A stretch of DNA of 58,335 bases, the filler included, from Sphacelaria rigidula (Eukaryota), in NCBI GenBank assembly GCA_964200075.2. It is 8 parts of 8 records of this genome, joined end to end, with 100 filler letters (N's around TTAATTAATTAA, not from the genome) between each part and the next. Parts side by side here need not be neighbours in the genome. Positions count along the whole stretch, not along the records: positions 21,916 to 29,120 come from CAXNAA020015978.1; positions 29,221 to 36,425 come from CAXNAA020015979.1; positions 36,526 to 43,729 come from CAXNAA020015980.1; 5 more parts are not named here. One strand, 5' to 3'. This document shows, one piece after another, positions 24,387 through 36,809 of the stretch. Positions within the stretch are counted from its first letter, which is position 1; the number at the start of each line of letters is the position of its first letter. Both the position numbers and the translations under genes were made by a program. The notes under the pieces are model-generated. The model made no database searches and was not told where the DNA came from. It was given only the letters and a program-made list of their open reading frames with translations.

Positions 24387-27300
24387 TCATAAGTCAGAGT
24401 CGGCAGCGCCATCTCCGTTTTCCGCTACAGCAGTCGCTTCCTCATCATCTACCACCATGGCATGCTTGGACTTCTTCCTAGAGCCCCCCCCATGGTCCCC
24501 GCTTCCCACCCCATCTTCTCCACTGTGTACCTTGGCGCGTTTGGGCGCGGGCTCTTCCGTACCGTCACCCGCATCATTGCCATTGGCGTCAGTTTCCTCA
24601 TCCTTCCCCGCGGAACCGTTCTCCGGACCCTTTCCCGGAACAATTTCGCCTTCTTCATCGGCCGACTCTATGGACCCCTTCCTCCCAGCAGACGCTGTTG
24701 CCTTTTCTGACTGCTGGTGCTTGGAACCCTCGGGTGAGTGGTCCCTGTCCCTGTCCCTATCGTTATAATCTTTGAAGTTGGTTGCGTGTGAGCCGCTGGT
24801 ACTGGATCTGCCGTGTTTGCTGTCGGTATCGTGTTTTCCGTGGCTACTGCTCTCCTTCTCCTTGTGGTGTTTGTCCTTGTGCTTGTCCTTCTTGGATTTC
24901 TTTTCTTTCTTCGACTTCTTCTCCTGTTGCATGAAAAATGTTAACGTTTGGTATATCTTCAGTTTAGAGACCAAACACTTAGATGCAATCAGCTAAACCA
25001 ACACCGCTTCTACATTTTTTGCAACGCCAGAGACGTCCACCACAGCACAGTACCGAGACGCCCATTGTCGGGCGAGATTACCGCATTCCGGTCACGGCAT
25101 GCACTCAACCGCCCCAGGCGGTGAGTTTTAGTCCACCCAACAGACATACACAATAGAAACTTGGCTATGTCTTATCCATTCATCTTTATTCAACGCACGA
25201 GCACAGGGAATCCACAGTTTTCGCGGTTCACCCATCCCAGGCGTGCGGTACACATGACACATAGGCTACAATTGTCTTCTTGCCACAGATGTTTCATTCC
25301 CCAGTGTGCAGGTCGGTGTTGTAGATACGTTATGTACAAAAAAACTGTTGAGACCACTTGTCAAGGGCATGTTGAGAATGACGTGATGACGCGTCCCTCA
25401 TTATTCCATCTTTCTTCCGTGAGCCTCATTTTTTGTGTGTTCCACTATCGGTCACTCCTTACTCAAGTCACAAATATAAATTCCTTCGAGCTCAAGGTTC
25501 GCGATTGATTTTGTTCCGCAAGGAGGTTTGACGGCCGGCCCACGAGTTGAACCGCCCGCCACGACAAACAAGACCCTCGTTTCTCACGCGATAAAAAATT
25601 GTGTCGCCGTAAATCCCTCCCAGGAAAAATCTCAACAACCCAGAAGGCACCACTTCGTCCTTGCGATGAGAGCACAATTCCCCAGAGGGCTAATACAAGC
25701 AGGGCAAGTAGACGAAGAAAAATTGAGTTGCTGTTGAGCATATGTATCCCCACTGCACTGCTGTCATGTGACCACGGCTGGATCCCTGGGGGTCAGCTGA
25801 AGTGAGACAGTCAAAAAAATAAAAATAAAAAAAATCACTGCAATGCACTACCCACTGCACGAACCTTCTTGTGCTTCTCCACAGGAGGAGGAGGGGAGTC
25901 GGGAGAGCGACTGCGGTGCCGCTTTTTGGTCTTCTTGTGACTATGGTGCTTGCGGTCCCTCGAGTCATACGACCTGTCTCTGGAATATGATCTAGAGCGC
26001 GAGCGGTCGCTTCTGCTGCTGCCGCGGGAGCGCGACCGGGATCTTGAGTCTGAGTAGGACCGAGAGGAGGAGCGACCCCGCTTTGAGTAGCGCTTCTCCC
26101 TCTCACGCTCTTCTCTTTCTTCGCGCTATGGTTCGTTTTGAAGTCGTTCAATGTTCGAGAGTAAAATGACGCCACGCGAAAATATGACAACAGCGATACA
26201 CGTGAGATAGACGAACAAGACGCAAGTCGTGAGATACTTCCGCGGGAAGACACAACCTAAATGAAAAACGCTGAAAAAAAAGAGAAAAAAAATGGGGGAC
26301 GGGAGGGGGGGGGGGGGGCATGAAGTATTGGGCACAAGAAAAACAAGAGAAGAGCGAGGAAAACTAACATGAGAGGATCAAACGAATGTGTGAAATACCT
26401 CTCAAAACACATTGCACGGTTCGGACGAATCATCGTCTATTCGAACCACCAAATCCACGATATTTCGGGCCCGATTGCTTAAAAAAGAGAAAAAAAATAA
26501 TGACCGCTGGTCAACAAGGTCTCCACGCAATTTTTGCGCCATTCCACGTGCCTGGGTTGCGCGTACCTGCGTTGCGACGCTGAAAACGAAGCCTCAGTAT
26601 TGATTCGTACCGTACGAATCGATAACACTAAAATCAAGTAATTTCCAGACGAATCATCAACCCGTCCGACCCTTCAAACATTGCCGTTCCCGCACATCAG
26701 GAGAGAGGGACAGCGATCGTCGGAAACTTGGCCATTTTGAGGCTACGATATATCCAACGGTAAACACAAAGACAACCGTGAAGGGTTGGAGCTAAGGTGT
26801 GTTCTCCTCTTTTCAAGGAGCAATACGCTTGAAAAAATCAAGGCATGTTTTCGAACTGAACAGACGCTGTGGTCGCCGAATTCGTTCTCTTCGAGCGCAA
26901 TCATCCAAATGCTCCCGATATCCAACAGGTCAAGTCACCTTTCGCTTCGCATCTCTCTCGGCGCGCATTTGCTCCAGGCGGGCAGCCTTTTTTGCCATCT
27001 TTTCGCTCAGCATTGTCATGTGCTCGTCGAACATGCGCTTGCTGCACCACACCAGGCCACCAGAGTCACAACACATGCACAGGGAGAGGGAGGGGGACAG
27101 GGGAAAATGAACGAAAAACGGAACGAAGCCACAAGTATTTTCCTCAGGTAACTTCAAGAACAGTAGGTGCTCGTGTAAACGGATTGAGCGACAATGGTTG
27201 CACAGCGATGCTGCGAACCTCGCGTCCTGATGTGGTGGTACCACAGCATCACAACCCCATTCTGTATCTTCGATAAGCTGACACTGACAATTGTCGACAC

Positions 27301-28159
27301 TATGGTCACAGATGCGCACACGCTCACAAGGATCACACTGGTGGGGCCAGGTAAATGGGCAAATCTTCGGGGGGGTTCGATTTTTGGCAGGCAATAATAC
27401 TGAGCGATGCCGCGATAATCGCTCCCCCCCCACCCCCTGACACCGGCTCCAAAACTGTAGCGAAGAAAACAGCCGTACAGCGCATGATAGCTAGTTTCGA
27501 ACTGCATGAGGCGCCTCAAATGGAATACATTGACGAAAACGATCCCGAGCATAGGAGCTCCCAGCTCGGTGTGCTTGGCTTTGTTCACTTCAATTTACAT
27601 GTAAGTAGATTTCGCTTACCCAAATCAGTCTATTTTGTACAGACAAGCACGCCGTGTAGAGAACGCCGGTAACGCTCTCCACAGGATACTACCATTCGTA
27701 TTTCGTACAGACCACGCTGGCTCACGGCATTGGGGCACAGAGGTGGCATCCCAGTCACTGCACGCAATAACCATTATACCGGCAAATCTCGTGGAGAACT
27801 ACGCTCGTCATTCCAAACCATGTCGAGCACTTTCTTAGACGGCAATGAGCAAGGCACGAGCACTCCCGCACCGAACATCAACGGCTGAAGGCTTCCACCT
27901 CTTCATAGCAAGGGCATTTGGGGTACTGGGACATATCATCTACAGCTATCACCGCGGGTCTGAACGTCTAGACTAAACGTGACGATGAAAAACAGCGGAC
28001 ATTTGCTCACCAGGCTTCCTCGCCCATCTCCTTAACGAGTGAGTGCTTTCCGATTTTGTCTTTGCCCTGCTCCCACTTGATATCAACGTGATCGCTGCGA
28101 TAGAAGTAGTCCTCCAGCAGACCACGCAGCTTCTTCTCGCGACGCTCGCGCTGCCGGTC
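24387..28159 (-). CDS. PRP40: 3' part of a PRP40-like pre-mRNA processing factor (last FF repeat, RS domain, Lys-rich tail); exons 28159-28011, 27041-26939, 26125-25865, 24923-24387
   Basis: Four exons with canonical AG/GT sites and compatible phases splice into DRQRERREKKLRGLLEDYFYRSDHVDIKWEQGKDKIGKHSLVKEMGEEAC-KRMFDEHM... (FF-domain pattern). This is followed by RSRSRS repeats and KKSKKEKKSKKDKHK, as in the PRPF40 C-terminus. Confidence 0.75.
26415..26480 (+). repeat. Intronic dispersed repeat (copy at 29055-29120; same start motif at ~8288)
   Basis: cacggtt(c/a)ggacgaatc...caccaaatccacgat...gattgc is shared. Confidence 0.75.
27430..27635 (+). repeat. Intronic dispersed repeat homologous to ~46030-46230
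   Basis: Collinear blocks cgaagaaaa, tacagcgc, catga(g/a)gc, cgatccc, gctcgg and agtagattt, both preceded by poly-C. Confidence 0.7.
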
Positions 28160-31100
28160 CTGGAGCATGATCAGTTGGCGTAGTCAACAAGTGGGGGTGG
28201 AAATAACGGTTCAAGAGGAAAATAATACAGCGAGACATGGCCACCATGGAACGTGAAACGGCTGCAACGCAGAAAGCGAAACACAACCTCTACGACGCTT
28301 ACAGCATTCCGACCGTGCATCCATTTGTTCGACTGCTGAAATTGTCATAAAATCAAAATTGAAGGCTAAACTAATCCGAAGATTAGCTCCAAAAAGTAAT
28401 GATCGAGACAAGAGGGGAACGGGGAAATAGTGATGGACACCCTGCCGTCAAACTAGTACACGTGCGACGCACATGGACCCAAATTTTAGAACAGATTCAC
28501 ATCGAAACCTAGTCATCAAACATTGGGCTAGAGCCCAGCACCTCTCCTGGCTGCATTGAGAGCAGGTAGGTGATGAGCGTAGAGCTAAAACAAGAAAAAT
28601 GGGCAAGATCAGGACAAAATACCACGTACACAGGCACACAATCACAGCACACGATAGTCTACCGAGAGCCGTACTGCCTCTGGATATACGTAAACGCCCT
28701 AGTTGCTGTGAAAAATTCACAGCGCTGGCTTTTTTGCTCGCCGCGTCAGAGACATGAATAGGCTTCGCTAATAACCTTCCATCAATGACGTCACTTGGTT
28801 GTGCCCCGACTTGAAGCACATTTTTCTCAAGTTTACCATGCTCCACTGAGCTACAGCCTCAAAATTTCATCGATAAGAGCTGATGCACCAACACGCACTT
28901 CGGAAAGGTGTCATTCTTCAATGATTGATCAACAGTCGCACGTGAAAGGCCTTTTTTATACAGGTTATCAGTGGAATGTACATGGGTACATTTATGAAAG
29001 GGCATAAGGAGTATTAGTTTTATCCTCCATGGGAGCCCTAACTCCGAACGATTCACGGTTAGGACGAATCGTCACGACTACGAGTCACCAAATCCACGAT
29101 TTCTTCGGCCTGATTGCCCANNNNNNNNNNNNNNNNNNNNNNNNNNNNNNNNNNNNNNNNNNNNTTAATTAATTAANNNNNNNNNNNNNNNNNNNNNNNN
29201 NNNNNNNNNNNNNNNNNNNNCCCTCAGTGAACATACCACTAAACACCAAGCAGCCACCCAAAACGCTGACGCTGTTCCCACTCTTCATTCTCAGATGGCA
29301 TCTCTTCACGTGAGCCCTGATGCTATGAAAATCTTTCCTGGCGATAACCTCAGCACCCAAACCGGTGCTGAATCCTCTGATCGCCCCACTCTGGCTTTTG
29401 ATCCGTCGCCCACATTGGAACAATACCTGCCCACGAATGAAATACACGACCGGCTTCGGCAAAAGCGTCGACCTTCATTCCACCGCGCCATTGGTACAAC
29501 TTCTCAGAGGCTGAACAAACAGCTTGCTGGGATCAGATCCGCAGTAACGATCTAGTACACCACATGGGACTCGAGCACAGAGGGTTGGAATTTGCCCGCC
29601 TACAGGTATATACAAGGGTCCAGGATCCCGCTCAGGCCTCCCATAATGTAGATGTCCACCCCGAAAAAAAGCCAACAGAACAGAACGAACTAGAACGCGC
29701 GATACGCACATCCACAAAGGCTCTGGAAATTTCGGAACAAGAATATAAGCTGTTGACAAGAAGACACTTGGAAGCTTCGCATCATTTCGGACTATGTTGG
29801 CAAGTCTGGCAATCACAACTGCGTTCGTACGGTCGCCTGCTCCGCCCCCAAGGCGGCAACTGATTCACCGCCTGACCCACCTGACCTGGCACACTTTCAA
29901 CCACATGCACCGGCCCACTCACAAAACGGAAGACGTTTACACATGAGTGGACCTAGTGTCGCGGCTGAACCCCGCCAGGGCGGTACCCACACAGCACTGA
30001 TGCTCACGTCACAACTTGACAACCTTTCGAGAACGTTCTACAAGTTGCGGAGATTCCAAATAGCATACAGTGGGGTAACCCAGGACGTGTTGCTGAGCCC
30101 AAAAGCTGAGCCCCTCCACCTGCCTATGTATTTTTCTACTTCTGTAAGTCATTTCTCATTTAGTTGGTACAATCCCACAATTAGAAATATACAATGACCG
30201 GTAATTCACTCGAGAAGTACCCAACACTTTTACGTCAACATGTTTTTTTCGCTCGACCAGGTCACGCACATCGCACGCACGAATCAACGGCGGCCACCAC
30301 GGGTTCAACCATGTGGTGTGGGTTCCCTGGATATTCTGACACTGTCTTGAAGGGTTCCAAGACAGTGGAAGCCCGTGCACCGTTGCATGGCTATCAATTG
30401 AGCAATGACCAAACCCAACGCTTTAACCCTGGATTTGATCACTCAGTTTTACATTCATCAGGTACTAATCATATTCAATCGAATCCCCTCCCTTCAAAGG
30501 AGAGGAAGTTATGTGGTGCAGTTTCTTACGCATCAGGAGCCGAAACATCCTCTGGTACGATAGACACTGCTGCTCCGACCGTTCATCGGAGAACACAAAA
30601 TTCGAAGCATCACACTCAAGCACCCCCCAACTGCTCAAGTGCCCGGATAACCACCCTACCGAGTTTCGCAAAGACTACGGTACCCGGTTCCCTTTTATTT
30701 GATGAGCGTAATTATTCCTTGAAAGGTCGCAACCGCAAAGAACTCATGCTTTCCGTCGCTCAGCAGGTTGGAATAGAACCCCAAGTGACAGCGACTCAGG
30801 TGGTGCGCCAAGAGCGTGACCTAGGTTCGACTGTCCAAGAACTCATTTCAATAGCTCCTGGAGCCGCCGACCCTTTTGTGCCCTACACGCGTCACGCTTC
30901 GAGGGCTCCTTCAGATGATCATGTACATAACCCTGATGTAGCAGGCGCACGTGAACTCCAAGGAGGAGATTGCGTGTGGGCTCAGACAGATGAAAACCTT
31001 AGAGTGGAACAGGCCGGTACTTCCCAGATTTCGAACAGATCGTTACTGCTCCCTGATCACCCCGCGTGCACTACGTTAGAACCCATTTCCGATGAAGCGT

Positions 31101-31455
31101 TGCCGTCTGTAGGGACAGAGACTTCGCTGACTCATGGACGTTCGCATCCTAGTCATGAAGGCACCTCAATCGTGTGTTCGTCACCAGGCAAGCAAAGTGT
31201 TACGCAAGACGACTCGTCTCCTAACTCGCCCACGTTGGCCCCCTTAATAGACGCCGGGTTGAACAGTACAGCTTTACCAACCCCGCGTCCTGACGAATCG
31301 TCCCCGAAACCTCCCATGTTGGCCCTAACTAGTGATGGTGTTGAGTTGATTGGCGTATCGAACTCAACACCGCGCCACGATGAATCGTCCCATGTTCCGA
31401 CCAAGCTGGATAATGTAATTGATCCCGCTTTTCACACTGACGATCCGCCCCTCGG

Positions 31456-32304
31456 TTGGCCAATAAGGGTGAAACACCAAGCACAGACCAGTTGTCGGGT
31501 CCAACCACGACAACTGCCCTTCCCCGGCATCACCCCTCCGTTGCAGGATATGAGATTCAATCTTCGACTGATGAGACAAATATTCCAGGCACAAACACTG
31601 ACACTCCATGTACGCATCATCCTTCCAACCAAAAGCTCGTCCCACAGGATCATAAACGGGTGTATTTTAGCACTTTTGTTCAAAACGCAAAGCAGGATGT
31701 GTCAGATGTCATACCCGAATTCGGGCCCGATCTCGTCAGTGGTATTGCAACTGTGGATGATGCTTCTTTTACGACCAAGATAGGTTTACATAGTGGAGCG
31801 CGTGCAAGCTGTCATTTGATAGCTCTTGCACTACCAGACTCTGGTTCACCTCAAACGTTCATCACCGCCAGCTGCTGGCAACAGATGATCAACGCGGGCG
31901 CGGCGGACGAGCATTGTCTGTCCACCGTGCACCCTCGTGTTTTTGGTGGGTTTAGTTCCTCCACATCTCTTACGGTCAATCAATCGGTGAGAATAAGTGT
32001 AAAATTTTACCAGGATACTACTCCCACTGCTCGGTTGTCCGTATGGGCACTAATAGTGCCCGGCGGTCCCATGTATTTTGATGTTTTGTTGGGTCGAGAT
32101 AGTTGGCTTCGTTTTTCCACACATACGTATACGACGGACATACCTCTCCCGAACCGTCCAGTAACAGGCAAACTGTCTCTGGGTCACTTCGACACTGATT
32201 CGGGAGCTCATGCTTATGAGGATGATCCCACGAAAGCAGGTAATGCTTTCCGTCTGTACTATGTTGGTGAACCGGTATCTCGCTTTCTTGTGAACCCCAA
32301 CTAA
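31456..32304 (+). pseudogene. Gypsy aspartic protease region
   Basis: ALPDSGS catalytic motif and DVLLGRD motif. Confidence 0.85.
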
Positions 32305-32879
32305 TACAAGCAAACCTCGTGAGATGCAAAGGATCGCCCGCCCTCACAGGACTTTATTTGGTCGAGTTGCTCAAACCTGACCAAGCACAGGCTGGTCCGT
32401 TCGAACAGACCGAAATCTTTGTCCACGAAGGTAGGCAGGCCATTTACCTCACGTACCCTGCATGTTTCGATATACTCAACGGTCAGTTGTTGGGTTATGC
32501 TCAAGCGCCTCTCATACGAACCGCCCTGGCAGATGTGTGCCCCCCGGCGAACAACACCTCGCCGACCGACCCCCCGAAATCCATGGGGCCCCCTCCGCTA
32601 CACATGTCTGATCCCATGGTGGTGACAAATCCACCGGATGCGCCTGACCCTCAACCCCCAACTGCATTACTGGATAGATTTTCTCCAGAACAACGCGCCA
32701 GTTTTCAAAAGTTGGGGGATGACATTCCTCCTCACTTACGGCATATTGTTTTTATCTATCTGGCGATGGTTGGACACCTACTGTAATCGATAGATTGAGA
32801 TCCATCTTGATTAGATACTCTGAACGATTTCCTACTGCACCCTTGGATTTAGGTTGATATACCACGACACCGTTTAAGA

Positions 32880-34170
32880 TCAAGATTCCTGATGGCACTC
32901 CTCCTATCGCTATGCGTCCGTACCGTACGAACCCCCTCTTAGCGGATAAGATCCAGGTAATTCTCGATGGTTACTTATCTGCCGGATTGATTCGGCACTC
33001 GACGTCTCCGTGGGCCTCGCCTTTAGTAGTCGTCCGTAAGAAGAATGGCAAAATCAGACCGACGGTCAATTATCAACGATTGAACGCTGTCACCAAAATC
33101 GCCCGGCTAACACTTCCACGCATTGACGAAATTATTAACTCTCTTGGCGGGGGTAAAGTATTTTCGAACTTTGACATTCAGTCCGGCTACCACCAGCTCG
33201 TGATGGGTCCGAATTCCATTGAACTGACAGCGTTTTGCACGCCGTCAGGTTTGTACGAGTGGTTGGTTACACCACAAGGTGCCGCCGGAGCTCCAGGTGC
33301 GTGTTCAACGTGTGATGTTCCGTGTAACTGATGGATTGCCCAAATGCCATATGTACCTTGATGATGCGGTGTGCCACGACTCCACACCGGCTGAACACGT
33401 CGAACAGTGGACATCATTCTTTAACCGGTTTGAACAACACAACTTGAAACTCGCACCTTTCAAATCCCGCATTGGCGCCACGAAGATTGAGTTCTTGGGT
33501 CATTGCATCACCCCTGAAGGTCGTAGCCCAAACCTCGACAAGGTCGCCGCACTCTCCGATATGCCCATGCCACGGGACATTTCTTAACTGCCTTCCTTGT
33601 TGGGAGGTCTGAGCTACTACAGACCGTACTTGCCAAACCTTGCCCGAAAGCTAAAACCCCTCACCACCCTCCTCAAAAAAGGGGTGAAATTTGTGTTCAC
33701 ATCGGAAATGGAAAAAACCGTCCGCCGCCTCCTTGACAGCCTTTCGCACCCGCCGATTCTCGTCTTCCCCGACTGGCCGGCCGCGGAGCAGGATTTCCAC
33801 CTTTTCCGGCTCCACACAGATTTTTCCAAAATTGGGTTTGGCTGCACATTAGAACAGGAGTAAATAGATGCTACTGTTCGTCCCATTGTCTATCTGAGTC
33901 GCACCACTTTTCCAAATGAACAGAATTGGTTTGTCATGGAACAAGAGGCGGGCGCAGTTGTTTGGGGCGTGCAACGTCTGCGTCAGTATTTGTATGACAT
34001 CCCGTTTTTGATTTATACCGATCACAATTCTTTGGAAAGCCTTGCCAAAATGGCGAAACACAGCGCTAGGATCCAACGCTGGTTCGAAATCCTGTCGTCT
34101 TACAACTTTTAACGGAAGTACCGCACAGGTCCCCAGAATGACGCCGACTTCCTGTCACGCTTGCCCACAC
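32880..34170 (+). pseudogene. Gypsy reverse transcriptase-RNase H (disrupted)
   Basis: ORFs 32912-33331, 33279-33587 (MYLDD) and 33597-33863, continuing through in-frame stops to IYTDH...NDADFLSR. Confidence 0.93.
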
Positions 34171-35033
34171 CAGCTCAACCTATCGATGAATCCGCCATGG
34201 GACGTATCACCGATCTCACCGAAGACATTGTATATTTCATAAGCAGGAATGGACATAGAGGTCTCTACACACCACTTTCACTGTGAGAAACGCCGGCTTT
34301 AGGCATGGGTGGGCTAACGACCACAACCCACGCATCAGTTCTAGGCAGCTTGCAACCTCAATCGTTGTACTCAGTTTGGAATGGACTGTCTACGAATACT
34401 GTCGACTATGATCTTTTTCGTGCAATTGGCCAGCGCATGGTTTTCGCAGCAGGTGTAGAACCGTCCTTTGCTGACTCCGTCTTACCAGTTCAAGTTCGAG
34501 ATTTAATTTTGAGTAGGACCCGTGGACAGCGGACCGCCGAAACGGCCACCAAATTAGCCGTATCCGGTCCTGACCTTCCCCCCCCTGCCCCCACCCCGGT
34601 CCTGGATAGTTTCCTTGCGCCCCCGCAGCCTCCGCGACGCAAGGCTCCCGAAACATCGACCCCGACCGTGCCGCCCCTGCCAACCAGAGCCGAAACGACG
34701 GCTGTGCCGTCCTCCAGTGGTGATGATATTGCAAACACCACCACAACACCCTCCACGCTAATCGACACAGGAGTAGATGATAACGTTCCGTCTGAGAGTG
34801 CACCAACTGGTAGGCTCACCCTTGATTCCGAAATCACCGCTTCGTGCCAACTCCGCCCCGAACCGGCCCAACACAAAGTCGACGCTTCAACAGATGGTGT
34901 ATTCAAGGGACGTTTGACTCTCTTCTCCCACGCCGATTGGGCCCGGGAACAGCAGGCAGAACCTGCTTGTAAATCAGCTATCCAGTAATTATCTGAAGGT
35001 TGCCCATGTCCATTCTCAGAAACTGAATTCCTT

Positions 35034-36330
35034 TTGCCAGTCGGGAATCTCAAAGCGTCCACCCAGGATGAAGTTACTGAACTTTCAAGGAAAGGTATGC
35101 TACATACGGATGATGATGGTATAGTTCTGTTAGTTCGCCGGCCCACAGCAGCCCTCCCCAGGGGGAAGCCTACAAGTCGACATGCCCGCTTGCTAGGTTA
35201 TGAACCCATCCGCATCTATGTCCCGATGCTACTGCGCGCATGGGTTCTACACGAATGCCATTCACAGACATCGACTCACTTAGGCGCCATCAGGACCTCC
35301 CAGATGTTGGAACGTTTTTATTGGTGGATTTGTATGGATCAGTGTTGTCGTTGGTTGGTGAGGCGTTGTCTTTTGTGTCATGCGCGAAAAACTTCTCGTC
35401 AAACAGTTCGTTGGCCGATTGTTTCCATGCCATTCCCAAACGGGCCTGGTGAGGTAGTGTCGTGGGACTATTTTGGTCCTCTGCCCCTGACGGATAGTGG
35501 AAATAAGTATATCTTGTTGTTTACGGATAGATTTAGTCGACATGCGGTGATGCACGCTGTCCCCCCCAGTAGTTATACCGCGGAAGGTACCGCCAATATT
35601 CTTGTCTACATGTACATCACACAGTGGGGTGCGCCCAAACGCTTACTGTCTGACAACGGCCCGCATTTTGCAGGCAAACTTTCAGCCGCCGTCAGTGACC
35701 TTTTGGGTGCCCATCGCATTTTTATTAGTTCATATCACCCTTCCACCAATGGTGGATCGGAACGAGTGAACCATACGATGGCACAGATGCTTGCTGCTGT
35801 AGCAAAAGAGAGGCAGATGGACTGGGACCTGCACCTGCTCCTCGTCCAAATGAACTACAACAATTCAGTCAATGCCGCTACGGGATTGTCGCCGAACGAA
35901 ACTCATATTGGACGCATGCCTAGGTTACCTTTAACGGTATTCGAACGCAAAAGTAGAGGTGGACATCAGAGTCTAGATCGTGATGTTGTAGAGTATCATT
36001 CGTCGGTTAGAAATTGCCTTCGTCTTGCACATGAAGTGGTACGATAACAGAACCAAATCAATTTGGGGAAGGTGGTCAGGGCGAACTAAATGTTGGATGA
36101 TGTGGTATATAACCGCCCGGTGTGGAAGGTAGGCTAATGGTCATGGGTGTATAACGATGTGAAGACCATCAATCAAGGGGCTAGCGCGAAATCGTCATCT
36201 TTGGACAAAGTGTTGAAGGCGAAACTATCCCTGAATTGGACTGGTCCTTGGGAAATTTTAGCTGTTGGTCCAAGCGCTACTGCACCCGACAAGAGTCCGG
36301 TGGGAGCGAAACTTCTGTATATACATTTTG
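35034..36330 (+). pseudogene. Gypsy integrase with GPW/GPY-like C-terminal motif
   Basis: 337-aa ORF with HHCC and DDE motifs, plus downstream KLSLNWTGPWEI. Confidence 0.93.
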
Positions 36331-36809
36331 AGCAATGGACTAGAAAAGGCATACCTTCTCGTTTTTCGCCCAAGAAAGGTACGAAAAATGACTAGAAACG
36401 CGAAAACAGCCAAACACGCCATTTTNNNNNNNNNNNNNNNNNNNNNNNNNNNNNNNNNNNNNNNNNNNNTTAATTAATTAANNNNNNNNNNNNNNNNNNN
36501 NNNNNNNNNNNNNNNNNNNNNNNNNAAAAAATTTTTGGGCTTTTGCCAACATGTACAGCATGAAAGATCATGAATACCCCCCCCCCCCCCCCTCCCCCAC
36601 GTCAAGAGTGCAAAATTGCAAGCCTTCAAAGGGCGAATGTGTACCACAAAAAAAAAAACAAGAAAAATAGTCCATCGGTCGCCCCGGTCGAGCAAGACAA
36701 AACAAGCGAAAAATTATTGAAACAAAATTGTAGGCCCACAGTAATCGGCACGGGCAGTCAGTTAGTTCCAAGCATTCTCGTGCACTAATTCGCCGCGTAT
36801 AGATTATAC

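Larger units (their letters stand above)
29221..36425 (+). mobile_element. Degenerate Ty3/gypsy LTR retrotransposon internal region
   Basis: Protease (LALPDSGSPQTFI...DVLLGRD), RT (RPYRTNP...SPWASPLVVVRKKNG...YLDD), RNase H (LHTDFS...IYTDH) and integrase (H-x-H...CLLC, WDYFGP, LSDNG, ERVNH) are in gypsy order. Many stops and frameshifts. Confidence 0.95.
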
